NCBI GenBank assembly: GCA_025362035.1
Contig: JANYIN010000051.1
Coordinates: 6,016 to 70,015 of the forward strand
DNA length: 64,000 nucleotides
Direction: 5' to 3'
From: Gemmatimonadaceae bacterium
GTDB lineage: Bacteria > Gemmatimonadota > Gemmatimonadetes > Gemmatimonadales > Gemmatimonadaceae
Shown: positions 36,380 to 45,377 of the stretch, piece after piece
Position numbering within the stretch: position 1 is the stretch's first letter
How the letters are laid out: every line of letters starts with the position of its first letter
Notes under the pieces: model-generated
Seen by the model: the letters and a program-made list of their open reading frames with translations, nothing else
Databases searched by the model: none
What the model was told of the DNA's origin: nothing
Made by a program: the position numbers and the translations under genes

Positions 36380-38014
36380 TCATGGACGAGCAACGGCCGG
36401 CGCCGAACGCCCTGACGCTTGACCGGCCATCGCTCGAGCCACGCCGTTGGTCCACCCGAATCCGTCCTGCGTGGGGTACTCCCCGCCGCCAGCGCGCTTG
36501 CTCAGGTCCGTCACATCGTATTTTTCAGTCATCTTCCCCGTCGCGCGATACGTGCGGCGATTGAGCGCGAGCCATCGATCGCGCGCATCGGTGGCGATGT
36601 CCGGCCGCCCGTACATCGAGACCGCCTGCGTGCCGATCCACTGAAGCGGTGGCCATCCGTTCGGTGAGTCCCACTGCTGGCCGGACATCACCAGCGTGGT
36701 GACGAATCCGCCTGGTTTCAGGAAATCCCGACCGAGTCGAGCGGCGACGGCGCGTCCCTGCTCCGGCGTGGCAAGGCCGAAATAGAGCGGCGCCGCGGCG
36801 GCCATGGTCGGACGGTCCGTCACTCGCTCACCCGTTCGCCAGCGCACGTCGTAGAAGAATCCGCTCGCCGAATCGTACGCCGCGGCGAGCAGCGACCGGC
36901 GACGGTTCTCGGCGGCCGTATTGAACCGAGCAGCCACGATCGCGTCGCCTTCGCGCCTACGAGCGAGTCGCAGCGCCGCGATGGTGCGCTCCGCGTGATA
37001 CAAAAGGCTGTTCAGGTCTATCGGCACGAGCTCGGTGGTCTCCAGCGTCCTGAGGTCTGCAGGATCCCGCATCCACCGGCTCGAGAAATCCCAGCCGCTC
37101 TCCGCCGCGGCGCGGATGTTCCTGTATAGCGTCTCGCGCTGCCCCTCGGCGACACGCTGCCCCAGCGCAAAATCCTCCCGATATGACTCGGGACGCGGCT
37201 CGGGCCGATCGTCCCAGTAGCGGTTCAACAGGGACCCGTCGCGCAGGCGCACCACGCGACGCGCAGCACGCCCGGGTGCGACCGCGTCCGCGCCCGCCAT
37301 CCAGAACGCATACTCTGCCTCTATCGCCTCGATATACGGAAAGGCGCTGGCGGTGTCCGTGGACGAAGCGTAGAGCCCGACCATCGCGGCCAGGAACGGA
37401 GGCTGGCTTCTGCTGAGATAGTACGTCCGATTCCCGTTTGGAACGTGCCCCACCGTCCTCACCAGATAGGCGAAGTTGTCCAGCATGTTCTTCACGAGAT
37501 CGGCGCGCTGGTCCTGTACCAGGCCGAGCATCGTGAAGTACGAATCCCAGTAGTACACCTCGCGGAATCGCCCGCCCGGCACGACGTACGCGTCCGGCAG
37601 CGGGATCAGGGACGAATGCGCGTCGGCGGCATCCGGCGCCCGTGTGAGGGCGGGCCAGAGAGCGCGGATATGCTCCTCCATCGATTGCGCCGTGTCGGTA
37701 CGGACGCCTTCGCCGGCCGCTGGGGGCGCGTCGAAGTTTCGTTCCACGAACGCGTGAAGGTCGAACGACGCCGCCCCCCGCTCGGCCAAGTAGTGCTCCA
37801 ATATCTCTGGCGGCGCCGCGCGAGGGCGCGCGTCCACGAATGTCTTGGAATCCGGAAAGACCTTGGCCATCTGGACGTCGTGGAACAGCGGACCAAGGTC
37901 GTGCGCCGGATCGTACGCCGACAGCGGAGTCGGCGACGGCGCGCCCGGACCTCTGCAGGCGGCCACGAGGACAAGAACGACGATCGAAAACCTGATCTGC
38001 TGGGAATGCCGCAT
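36380..38014 (-). CDS. treA: Alpha,alpha-trehalase (GH37), exported
   Basis: GH37 signatures 'PGGRFREVYYWDSYF' and 'QQWDSPNGWPPLQW'. Signal/lipobox-like 'IVVLVLVAAC'. Confidence 0.92.
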   Translation of the reverse strand: MRHSQQIRFSIVVLVLVAACRGPGAPSPTPLSAYDPAHDLGPLFHDVQMAKVFPDSKTFVDARPRAAPPEILEHYLAERGAASFDLHAFVERNFDAPPAAGEGVRTDTAQSMEEHIRALWPALTRAPDAADAHSSLIPLPDAYVVPGGRFREVYYWDSYFTMLGLVQDQRADLVKNMLDNFAYLVRTVGHVPNGNRTYYLSRSQPPFLAAMVGLYASSTDTASAFPYIEAIEAEYAFWMAGADAVAPGRAARRVVRLRDGSLLNRYWDDRPEPRPESYREDFALGQRVAEGQRETLYRNIRAAAESGWDFSSRWMRDPADLRTLETTELVPIDLNSLLYHAERTIAALRLARRREGDAIVAARFNTAAENRRRSLLAAAYDSASGFFYDVRWRTGERVTDRPTMAAAAPLYFGLATPEQGRAVAARLGRDFLKPGGFVTTLVMSGQQWDSPNGWPPLQWIGTQAVSMYGRPDIATDARDRWLALNRRTYRATGKMTEKYDVTDLSKRAGGGEYPTQDGFGWTNGVARAMAGQASGRSAPAVARP

Positions 38015-38038
38015 CGATGGACCGTGTGAGTGGTGTCG

Positions 38039-39403
38039 CTAGGCCGCCTGGAGTGCCACTTCACCTACAGGACGTGGAGTGGCGGTCCGCACGAGCATCA
38101 CTGCTCCGGCCGCGCAGATCAGCAGCCCGCCCGCCAGCCGAATCACGTTCTCCGGGTGGCCGCCCAACCACGCGCGATAGAACAGCGGCAGCGTGAAGAT
38201 CTGGATCATCATCGGAATCACGATGAACATGTTGAAGATGCCCATGTACACGCCCACGCGCTCCTTCGGAATGCAGCCAGCCAGCATTACGTACGGATTC
38301 GCCATGATGCTTGCCCAGGCCAGACCGACGCCGAGCATCGGGATGAACAGGAGCGGTCGGCTCGTGATCATGGGAATCGAGAGCATCGCCAGCCCCGCCA
38401 GCGTGAGACAGATGGCATGCATCCACTTGGGGCCGAGTCGGCGCACGAGTGGAACCATCGCGAACGCCGCAACGAAGGCGACGAAGTTGTAGAATCCGCC
38501 GATCTGCCCGTTGATGAGCGACGCCTCGCGAAAGCCCGACGTCGAGGCATCGTGCGTGTTGAACATCGTGGACGCGAGCGACAGCACGATGTACTGCCAA
38601 TAGCAGAACATCGCGTACCACTGGAACAGCTTCATCAGCGCCAGTTGCTTCATCGTTAACGGCATCTCCCGCATCGCCCCTGCTACTTCGCGCAGCGTAG
38701 ACCCCAAGCCGCGCGGCATTGCCTCCATCCGCGCCCGCTCTTCCGCACTGAGCGGGAGTTCCTTGGTCGTTCGGACGGTCCACAGGATCGACGTGATGGA
38801 GAGTACCGATCCAATGATGAACGCGCCCACCGTGATGAGGGGAATGCCATGCGCATTCACTCTGTCGCGGTTCAGTCCGATGAACACCAGGATCGAGGGT
38901 GTCAGATACGAAAGCGTCTGCCCGAGGCCCGTGAACGCGCTCTGCGTCAGGAACCCGATGGAATGCTGGCTGGAATCGAGCTTGTCACTGACGAACGCAC
39001 GATACGGCTCCATCGTGACATTGTTGCCGGCGTCGAGGAGCCACAGCAGTCCGGCTGCCATCCACAGCGCGGGGCTGAAGGGCATCCAGAACAGCGCGAT
39101 GCTGCAGAGAATCGCGCCCACCAGGAAGTACGGCGTACGCCGGCCTCGCGGGCTCAGCGTGCGGTCGCTCAGCGCGCCGATCAGCGGCTGCACCAGCAGT
39201 CCCGTCATCGGTCCGGCGAGCCAGAGCAGCGGCAAGCTGGCCTCGTCCGCACCAAGGTACCGGTAGATCGGGCTCATGTTGCTCTGCTGCAATCCGAAGC
39301 TGTACTGGATTCCGAAGAATCCGATGTTCATGTTCACGATCTGGAGGAAGGAGAGCTGTGGTCGCCTCGCACTCGCGGTCGGTGCACTGGTCATCATGGA
39401 CAT
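38039..39403 (-). CDS. MFS sugar transporter (GPH/SLC45-like)
   Basis: 12 TM helices, 'NMNIGFFGIQYSFGLQQSNMSPIY' and 'SDRTLSPRGRRTPYF', as in SLC45/sucrose-maltose-type carriers. Start at ATG 39403. Confidence 0.7.
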   Translation of the reverse strand: MSMMTSAPTASARRPQLSFLQIVNMNIGFFGIQYSFGLQQSNMSPIYRYLGADEASLPLLWLAGPMTGLLVQPLIGALSDRTLSPRGRRTPYFLVGAILCSIALFWMPFSPALWMAAGLLWLLDAGNNVTMEPYRAFVSDKLDSSQHSIGFLTQSAFTGLGQTLSYLTPSILVFIGLNRDRVNAHGIPLITVGAFIIGSVLSITSILWTVRTTKELPLSAEERARMEAMPRGLGSTLREVAGAMREMPLTMKQLALMKLFQWYAMFCYWQYIVLSLASTMFNTHDASTSGFREASLINGQIGGFYNFVAFVAAFAMVPLVRRLGPKWMHAICLTLAGLAMLSIPMITSRPLLFIPMLGVGLAWASIMANPYVMLAGCIPKERVGVYMGIFNMFIVIPMMIQIFTLPLFYRAWLGGHPENVIRLAGGLLICAAGAVMLVRTATPRPVGEVALQAA

Positions 39404-39483
39404 CGACTGCGCCTCGCTTTCACTCGGGTTGGATTGCACCGCTATCTTGCCTCGTCCGGACCAACCGCTCACACCAGGCATTT

Positions 39484-40626
39484 GTGAACGCCTTCTCGAC
39501 GACGTACGACGACGCCCTCCATCTGCTGCACGCCTTGAGTGGGGCGCACGGCATTCATGCGTCGCTGTCGCCCACGGCCAACTATAGCGCGGTGTTCGCG
39601 CGCGACGCGGTGATGGCGGGTGTGGCCGGCCTCCTGGTGACGGACGCCCGAATCACGCGGAGCTTCGTCGCCACGCTCGAAAACCTGCGCGACCTGCAGG
39701 GAACCGAGGGGCAGATCGCCTCCAACTATGCGCGCCGTGACGGCGGCCCGCCACTGGTGAGCTTCGGCTCGCTCGTCCCGCGTCTGGATGCGCCACTCTG
39801 GTATCTCATCGGCGTGGGATTGGGGTCGCGCGCCGGCGCGCTCGATCCAGAGGAGTTCAGGGCATCCGTCGAACTGGTGGTGCGAATGCTCCACGCGATC
39901 GAATACAACGGCCGGCACCTGATCTACGTTCCGGTCGGTGGAGACTGGGCCGACGAGTACGTCTACGAGGGCTACATCCTGCACGACCAGGTGCTGCGCG
40001 CTTGGGGACTTCGCTTGGCCGGCGCGACCTACCAAAGGACCGACTGGAGCGACAAGGCCGCGCAGATCGACGAGGCCATTGCCGCGGCCTATTGGCCGGC
40101 CGGCCGGGAGCATGAATTCCCTCTGGCCGCCTTCTCGCCCGCGCGCGTGTTCGACGTCTTTGACCTGGCCACGTGCAGCCTGCTCGGTGTCTCGGGCGTG
40201 GCGCCTGCCCTCTCCCCAAAGGCACTGGACTGGATCAGCGCGCACTATCTCGCGGACAGCCGGCTTCCCCCGGCATTTCATCCGGTCATTGAACCCGGGC
40301 ACGCCGATTGGCCGGCGCTCCAGCGTTATCAACTTCACGGTTTCCGAAATCGGCCGCACGAATACCACAACGGCGGCATCTGGATGATCTGGCTCGGCTG
40401 GCTGGCCCTGGCGCTCGCGCAGTCCGGCCGCCGAGCGGAGTTCACTCAGCTGTTCGACGCGGTCATCGCGCGCCTCAGCGTCGCGAGTGGCTACGGATTC
40501 GAGGAATATTTTCACGGAAGCGCTGGGGTGGCCATGGGAACCCCGCAAATGGCATACAGTGCCACGGGCGTCGTCTTCATCCACGCCGCGCGGTCAGGCA
40601 ACGGCCTTGGACTCCTGCGCCCATGA
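39484..40626 (+). CDS. Six-hairpin glycosidase, GDE_C / GH100 (neutral-invertase)-like
   Basis: 'NYSAVFARDAVMAGV' and 'YHNGGIWMIWLGWLALAL' resemble the (alpha/alpha)6 amylo-1,6-glucosidase and neutral-invertase blocks. GTG start at 39484 chosen so as not to overlap the divergent MFS gene. Confidence 0.6.
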   Translation: MNAFSTTYDDALHLLHALSGAHGIHASLSPTANYSAVFARDAVMAGVAGLLVTDARITRSFVATLENLRDLQGTEGQIASNYARRDGGPPLVSFGSLVPRLDAPLWYLIGVGLGSRAGALDPEEFRASVELVVRMLHAIEYNGRHLIYVPVGGDWADEYVYEGYILHDQVLRAWGLRLAGATYQRTDWSDKAAQIDEAIAAAYWPAGREHEFPLAAFSPARVFDVFDLATCSLLGVSGVAPALSPKALDWISAHYLADSRLPPAFHPVIEPGHADWPALQRYQLHGFRNRPHEYHNGGIWMIWLGWLALALAQSGRRAEFTQLFDAVIARLSVASGYGFEEYFHGSAGVAMGTPQMAYSATGVVFIHAARSGNGLGLLRP

Positions 40627-41273
40627 CGGAGCAAACGCGGTTTGATCTCGAGCCGGAGTACCGCCGCATCGGCGAGTCGCTCGCATCCCTTCTGATCAAT
40701 GACTACGGGGTGGGTGCTGGGGAGCGCAGCGTCATTGCCATCGCGGGTGAGTCTGGCAGCGGCAAGACCATCGCCGCGGTCAGCTTGCAGCGCGGGTTGA
40801 GCGCCGCCGGCATCGCCGTCACGGCGCTCCATCAGGACGACTATTTCCGTCGGCCCCCTCGCGCCAACCACGAGCACCGGAAGCACGACCTCGGCAGTGT
40901 GGGGCCACAGGAAGTGGACCTCGAACTTCTCCGCGATCATGTTGCGGCCTTTCGGGCGAGTGCAAGCAATGTCGGCGTGCCACAGGTGGACTACGCTGGC
41001 GATCGCTTTCTCACCAGTCGCGCGGACTTCTCGACCGACGCGGCGCTGGTAGTGGAGGGAACATACGTGCTCCGGCTGGACGACATCGACGTGCGCATCT
41101 TCCTGGAGGCCACGAGCGACGATACGCGTGAACGACGCAGGCTCCGCAACCGCGACCTCCACGAACCCTTCGTCGAGCAGGTGCTCGCGATCGAGCACGA
41201 CCTGATCGCACCACAAGCGGCCGCCGCGCACATCGTGATCGACCGGGACTTTCACGTCACTCGCCGCAAGTGA
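40623..41273 (+). CDS. P-loop kinase of the uridine kinase / phosphoribulokinase family
   Basis: Walker A 'IAGESGSGKT', 'LHQDDYF' and 'VVEGTYVLRLDDIDVRIFLEATSDDTRERRRLRNRD'. ATGA overlap with the preceding gene. Confidence 0.65.
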   Translation: MTEQTRFDLEPEYRRIGESLASLLINDYGVGAGERSVIAIAGESGSGKTIAAVSLQRGLSAAGIAVTALHQDDYFRRPPRANHEHRKHDLGSVGPQEVDLELLRDHVAAFRASASNVGVPQVDYAGDRFLTSRADFSTDAALVVEGTYVLRLDDIDVRIFLEATSDDTRERRRLRNRDLHEPFVEQVLAIEHDLIAPQAAAAHIVIDRDFHVTRRK

Positions 41274-44200
41274 TCAACGTGGCAACGTAGCCGCCGGAGC
41301 GGCAGGCATGCCGAGGGGACGAATGACCTGCACCGTGTTGTTGTTGCGCGACACGACGATGAATCGCTCCCCACGCGCGCCGCGCAGCATCTTCATGTGC
41401 CGCACCTCGCCGTCGATCAGCAGCTTGCTCGCTTCCATGTCCGCCGCCGTGAACGAGCCGTCACCTCGGCCCGTCAACAACAGTCCGTAACTGGCGTCGT
41501 AGCGACCCTGGCTCGGTGGCGCGCCCCAAAAGTTGCCTCCCACCAGCAGATCACGTCGCCCGTCGCCGTCGAAATCCTCGGCCAGAACCGCATAGATGGG
41601 CGAGAACTGCGCCTCGGTCGGCAGCGGCCGCAAGCTGAAAGTGCCGTTGCCGTTGTTGAGCGCCACGACGCTGGCGAACGTTTTCGCTTCGAGCACTGTC
41701 GCCTGCTTGAGCTCCGACGACGTGAACAGGTCCTCCACCCGGCTCGCTCCGAACGCAGCGTAGGAACTGAAGCGAGTGTGCAGTGATGGAATGGCGCGTT
41801 CCAACTCGTCGCGGCTGTGCATTGGATAACTCACGCCATCCTTGTAGAACGTGAGCACCTGTTGCAGCGCCCCGTTGTGCGCAAAGTCGCTCACGTACAG
41901 ACGAGCCGGCTCCAGACGAGACGCGCGGAGATATGCATTGAGCCCGAGGTTGCCGAGCACCAGGTCGGTGCGGCCGATCCCGCGCAGGTCCACGGCCGTC
42001 ACCGACGACCACCAGCCATTCGTCTCGCCGAATCCCGCCTCCTTCGTGCGCTCGACGAAACGGCCGCTCTCCTGATGGAACACTCGGACCGGCATCCACT
42101 CGCCGGCAATGACGAGATCAAGTTTTCCATCCCCGTCGTAGTCCACCCACGCCGCCGAGGTGACCATCCCTGCCTGTGCGAGCGCGGGCGCCTTTTCGGC
42201 TGTCACGTCCGTGAAATGGCCCGCGCCGTCGTTCTGCAGCAGGTGGCTGCGCGGCGACAGACCATAGTTCTTGGACACCACCCGGCTTCCCACGAACAGA
42301 TCGATGAAACCGTCGCCGTTGAAATCGCCGGCCACCACGCACGAGCCGTTCTCGAAGATCTTCGGCAACGCGGTGGTATCGCGGTGAAAGTGGCCGTGGC
42401 CATCGTTGATATAGAGGCGGTTCTCCAGGGCGGGGGCGGCACCCCAGAACTCGTTGCCACCGCTCACGACGAACAGGTCCGGATGCCCGTCGCCGTTCGC
42501 GTCGAAGAACACCGCGTCCACGTCCTCGTTCAGACTGTCAGCGCGGATGTCCGGCTGATCACTCGCGCGAAAGGTGCCGTCTTTCTGTTGGAGATACAGC
42601 GTTCCTGGCTGCCACTTCGCGCCACCCACGTACACATCGTCCAGCCCATCGCCGTTCACATCGCCGATCGCGAGCGCGGGGCCTTCCGTCGAGAGCAGAT
42701 GCGGCATCAACGGCTCGCGGTCGAGATCGTTGAATGCATTCTCCACGTGCTTGAAATCAATGCCCAGCGCGCTCGGCACGGTCGCGAAAAGCGGATGTGA
42801 TGACGCGTCCTGCCGATGAAAATCGTATCGACCGGATGCGTCCTGCTGCGAGAGCGTCAGAATCCGGTCAGCCACGACGTTGGTGAGCGTCTGATATCGG
42901 TGATCGGGCCAGATCACCACGAGCGTGTCCACGCGGTCCGCCTTGCCAAGCCCGAAGTGCAATCGCGGGTCGACGGACGACTCGAATCCGCGTGTTGGTA
43001 TCTGCTCGAGCATCTGCAGTGCCCCGCCCTGGCGGATGATCACCTTGGCGCCAATGCCGTCCGTGTTTCCCCGGCTGCCTCGCAGCACCAGCGTCAACGT
43101 GTGGTTTGCGTTCCGCTCCTTCGCGTGATTGCGATAGATCGCCGCCGGCGCGTTGATGCGGTTGACCACGAGATCGAGCGAGCCGGTGTTGTTGAGATCC
43201 ACATACGCGGCGCCATTGGAGAAGCCTTCCTGCGCGAGTCCCCACGCCGCGGCGAGGTTCGTGAAGGTCAGATCCCCGTTGTTGTGGTACGCGTGGTTCG
43301 CCATTGGCACCCGCGGCATCTTCTGCAGCAACGAGACGTTCTTCGCGGAAATGCCTTGCGCCAATGATGCCTGCACCGCCTCGTTGCCGATGAAGTTGAT
43401 GTAGTCCATGTCGTTGGGGCGACGATAGACGCCGGTCGTCACGAACAGATCCTTCAGGCCATCGTTGTCGAGATCAGCGAACAGCGGAGCCCAACTCCAG
43501 TCCGAGGCGTACACGCCGGCCAGATAGCCGATGTCGCTGAAGCGGCCCAGTCCACGATTGAGCTGCAGCGTATTGCGCGCGTACTGCGGGTGAAAGCCGG
43601 CCTTCAGCCGCATGTTGAACACGTCGAGCCCCTCGGCCGGCGCCGACGTCTTCAGGATGCTCTCGCGCTCGGGCATCATGTCCACCACCATCATGTCGGG
43701 GCGCCCGTCGTTGTTGAAGTCGGCGACGTCTACCCCCATGGAAAAACGACTCGTGTGGCGCAGGGCCGTCGCGCTCGACTCCGTGAACGTGCCGTTGCAG
43801 TTGTTCAGGTAGAGTCGGTCGTCCTCCTGAAAGTCGTCCGTCACGATCAGGTCGATGCAGCCATCGAGATTCACGTCGCTGGCCACGACACCCAGACCGT
43901 AGCCTTTGCCGCCGAGGATACCGGCCTTTTCGGTGACGTCCACGAAGTGCCCGCCGACGTTGTGGAACAGCCGGTCGCCCGTTCCAGGTGGACGCGCTCC
44001 ACCGTGGGCGTCGCTTATGGCACGCTCGTCGTGCGTGGAGTGATTGAGCAGAAACATGTCGAGTCTGCCGTCGCCGTCGTAGTCGAAGAACAGCGCCTGA
44101 GTAGAGTACCCCACATGATCCAGCCCGTACTCCTTGGTGCGGTCCGTGAACGTGCCGTCGCGGTTGTTGATGTAGAGCACGTTATGCCCTTGCATCGACA

Positions 44201-44615
44201 GGTGGTTCACGGCGGAGACGTAGATGTCCACATAGCCGTCGCCGTTCACGTCCGCCATCGTCACGCCGGTCTTCCAGCCCGGCGGCCCGGCCACACCGGC
44301 GCGCTCGGTGATGTCCTCGAACTGGTAGTTCCCCTTGTTTCGGTAGAGGCGATTGGAGCCGGTGTTCGAGGTGAAATAGAGATCCGGGAGACCGTCGTGG
44401 TCGATGTCGCCCACGGCGACGCCGCCGCCGTTGTAGTAGTACAGGTAGTTCAGGATGTTGAACGTCGCGTCTTCGGGCAGCGTGTTCGCGAACGTGACGC
44501 CGGTTCGCTCCGGAGGTAGCAGCTCGAACAGGGTCGGTGCAGCGGGGGCGGCGCGACAGCCGGCCAGCAGCAGGGCGCATGCGGCGGTGAGCCGCGCGAC
44601 ACACGAACGGGTCAT
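41274..44615 (-). CDS. CRTAC1-family lipoprotein (FG-GAP/VCBS repeats plus ASPIC/UnbV domain)
   Basis: Lipobox 'ALLLAGC'. Many 'D.DGDG..D' FG-GAP repeats. UnbV block 'PTRGFESSVDPRLHFGLG'. Start at ATG 44615 (alternative 44648). Confidence 0.85.
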   Translation of the reverse strand: MTRSCVARLTAACALLLAGCRAAPAAPTLFELLPPERTGVTFANTLPEDATFNILNYLYYYNGGGVAVGDIDHDGLPDLYFTSNTGSNRLYRNKGNYQFEDITERAGVAGPPGWKTGVTMADVNGDGYVDIYVSAVNHLSMQGHNVLYINNRDGTFTDRTKEYGLDHVGYSTQALFFDYDGDGRLDMFLLNHSTHDERAISDAHGGARPPGTGDRLFHNVGGHFVDVTEKAGILGGKGYGLGVVASDVNLDGCIDLIVTDDFQEDDRLYLNNCNGTFTESSATALRHTSRFSMGVDVADFNNDGRPDMMVVDMMPERESILKTSAPAEGLDVFNMRLKAGFHPQYARNTLQLNRGLGRFSDIGYLAGVYASDWSWAPLFADLDNDGLKDLFVTTGVYRRPNDMDYINFIGNEAVQASLAQGISAKNVSLLQKMPRVPMANHAYHNNGDLTFTNLAAAWGLAQEGFSNGAAYVDLNNTGSLDLVVNRINAPAAIYRNHAKERNANHTLTLVLRGSRGNTDGIGAKVIIRQGGALQMLEQIPTRGFESSVDPRLHFGLGKADRVDTLVVIWPDHRYQTLTNVVADRILTLSQQDASGRYDFHRQDASSHPLFATVPSALGIDFKHVENAFNDLDREPLMPHLLSTEGPALAIGDVNGDGLDDVYVGGAKWQPGTLYLQQKDGTFRASDQPDIRADSLNEDVDAVFFDANGDGHPDLFVVSGGNEFWGAAPALENRLYINDGHGHFHRDTTALPKIFENGSCVVAGDFNGDGFIDLFVGSRVVSKNYGLSPRSHLLQNDGAGHFTDVTAEKAPALAQAGMVTSAAWVDYDGDGKLDLVIAGEWMPVRVFHQESGRFVERTKEAGFGETNGWWSSVTAVDLRGIGRTDLVLGNLGLNAYLRASRLEPARLYVSDFAHNGALQQVLTFYKDGVSYPMHSRDELERAIPSLHTRFSSYAAFGASRVEDLFTSSELKQATVLEAKTFASVVALNNGNGTFSLRPLPTEAQFSPIYAVLAEDFDGDGRRDLLVGGNFWGAPPSQGRYDASYGLLLTGRGDGSFTAADMEASKLLIDGEVRHMKMLRGARGERFIVVSRNNNTVQVIRPLGMPAAPAATLPR

Positions 44616-44911
44616 CAGCCTGAACTGTTTGCCCGCGCTGCGGCGCATACCCCACCGGATATCCGCGCGCGGTACTGGCGCTAAACCTCTCACGGTGGCA
44701 ATCTCAACGAATGCTTGGAGGGCCAGACACGGCATGCCGAATCCCCTGCCCTCCTGTCACCGGCGACTCGACACGTTGAAGTCGGCATGGCGGTTTCGCA
44801 TGACCGGCGGCTCACGAACGGGTGGAGTCGCACCGACGAGGTGCTCCCGTGCGCACGATCGATCTTCCGAGCTCGCCGACAAGTTCGCGGTGGTACCGGC
44901 CCGCCACGATC

Positions 44912-45331
44912 ATGGCACTCCTGTTGGGCGTCGCCTGCGGCGGAAGCGGCGGCGCCGCGCCCGCACCGCGCCCGGTGGTCTCTTCCCCCAGTACTGTCAC
45001 CGCCGATGAGATTGCCGCCGCACCAGGCGAGTCGATCGACCGGTACCTGAACGGCCGCGTCTCCGGGGTGGTCGTCACGCCGACGGCGGACGGCGGCATA
45101 ACGATTCGCATACGCGGCGCCACGTCGCTCACGGGGAACAACGCCCCGCTGTACATCGTCGATGGCACGCCGATGGATCCGGGTGCGGGGGGCGCGCTCT
45201 TCGGTATCAATATGAACGACATCGCGTCGATCCAGGTGCTCAAGGATGCCGCCAGCCTCACGATGTACGGCAGTCGGGGGGCGAACGGTGTCATCGTGAT
45301 CAAGACGAAGCGCCCGCCCGCCCCTCAATGA
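44912..45331 (+). CDS. Stand-alone TonB-dependent-receptor Plug-like lipoprotein (no barrel)
   Basis: Lipobox '[10 protein letters not shown]'. 'GRVSGVVV...[26 protein letters not shown]...[35 protein letters not shown]' parallels the plug segment of the SusC gene in this window. It ends after 139 aa. Confidence 0.7.
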   Translation: [139 protein letters not shown]

Positions 45332-45377
45332 GGTAACGGGTCATCCGCGGTCTCGGCTATCACGCGCACAGCATTCT

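Noticed and set aside
44616-44911. Possible riboswitch or leader (for example cobalamin) in the 296-bp region upstream of the Plug-like gene.
   Set aside because: I found no B12-box-like or other riboswitch core sequence. There are only short (5-bp) hairpins.
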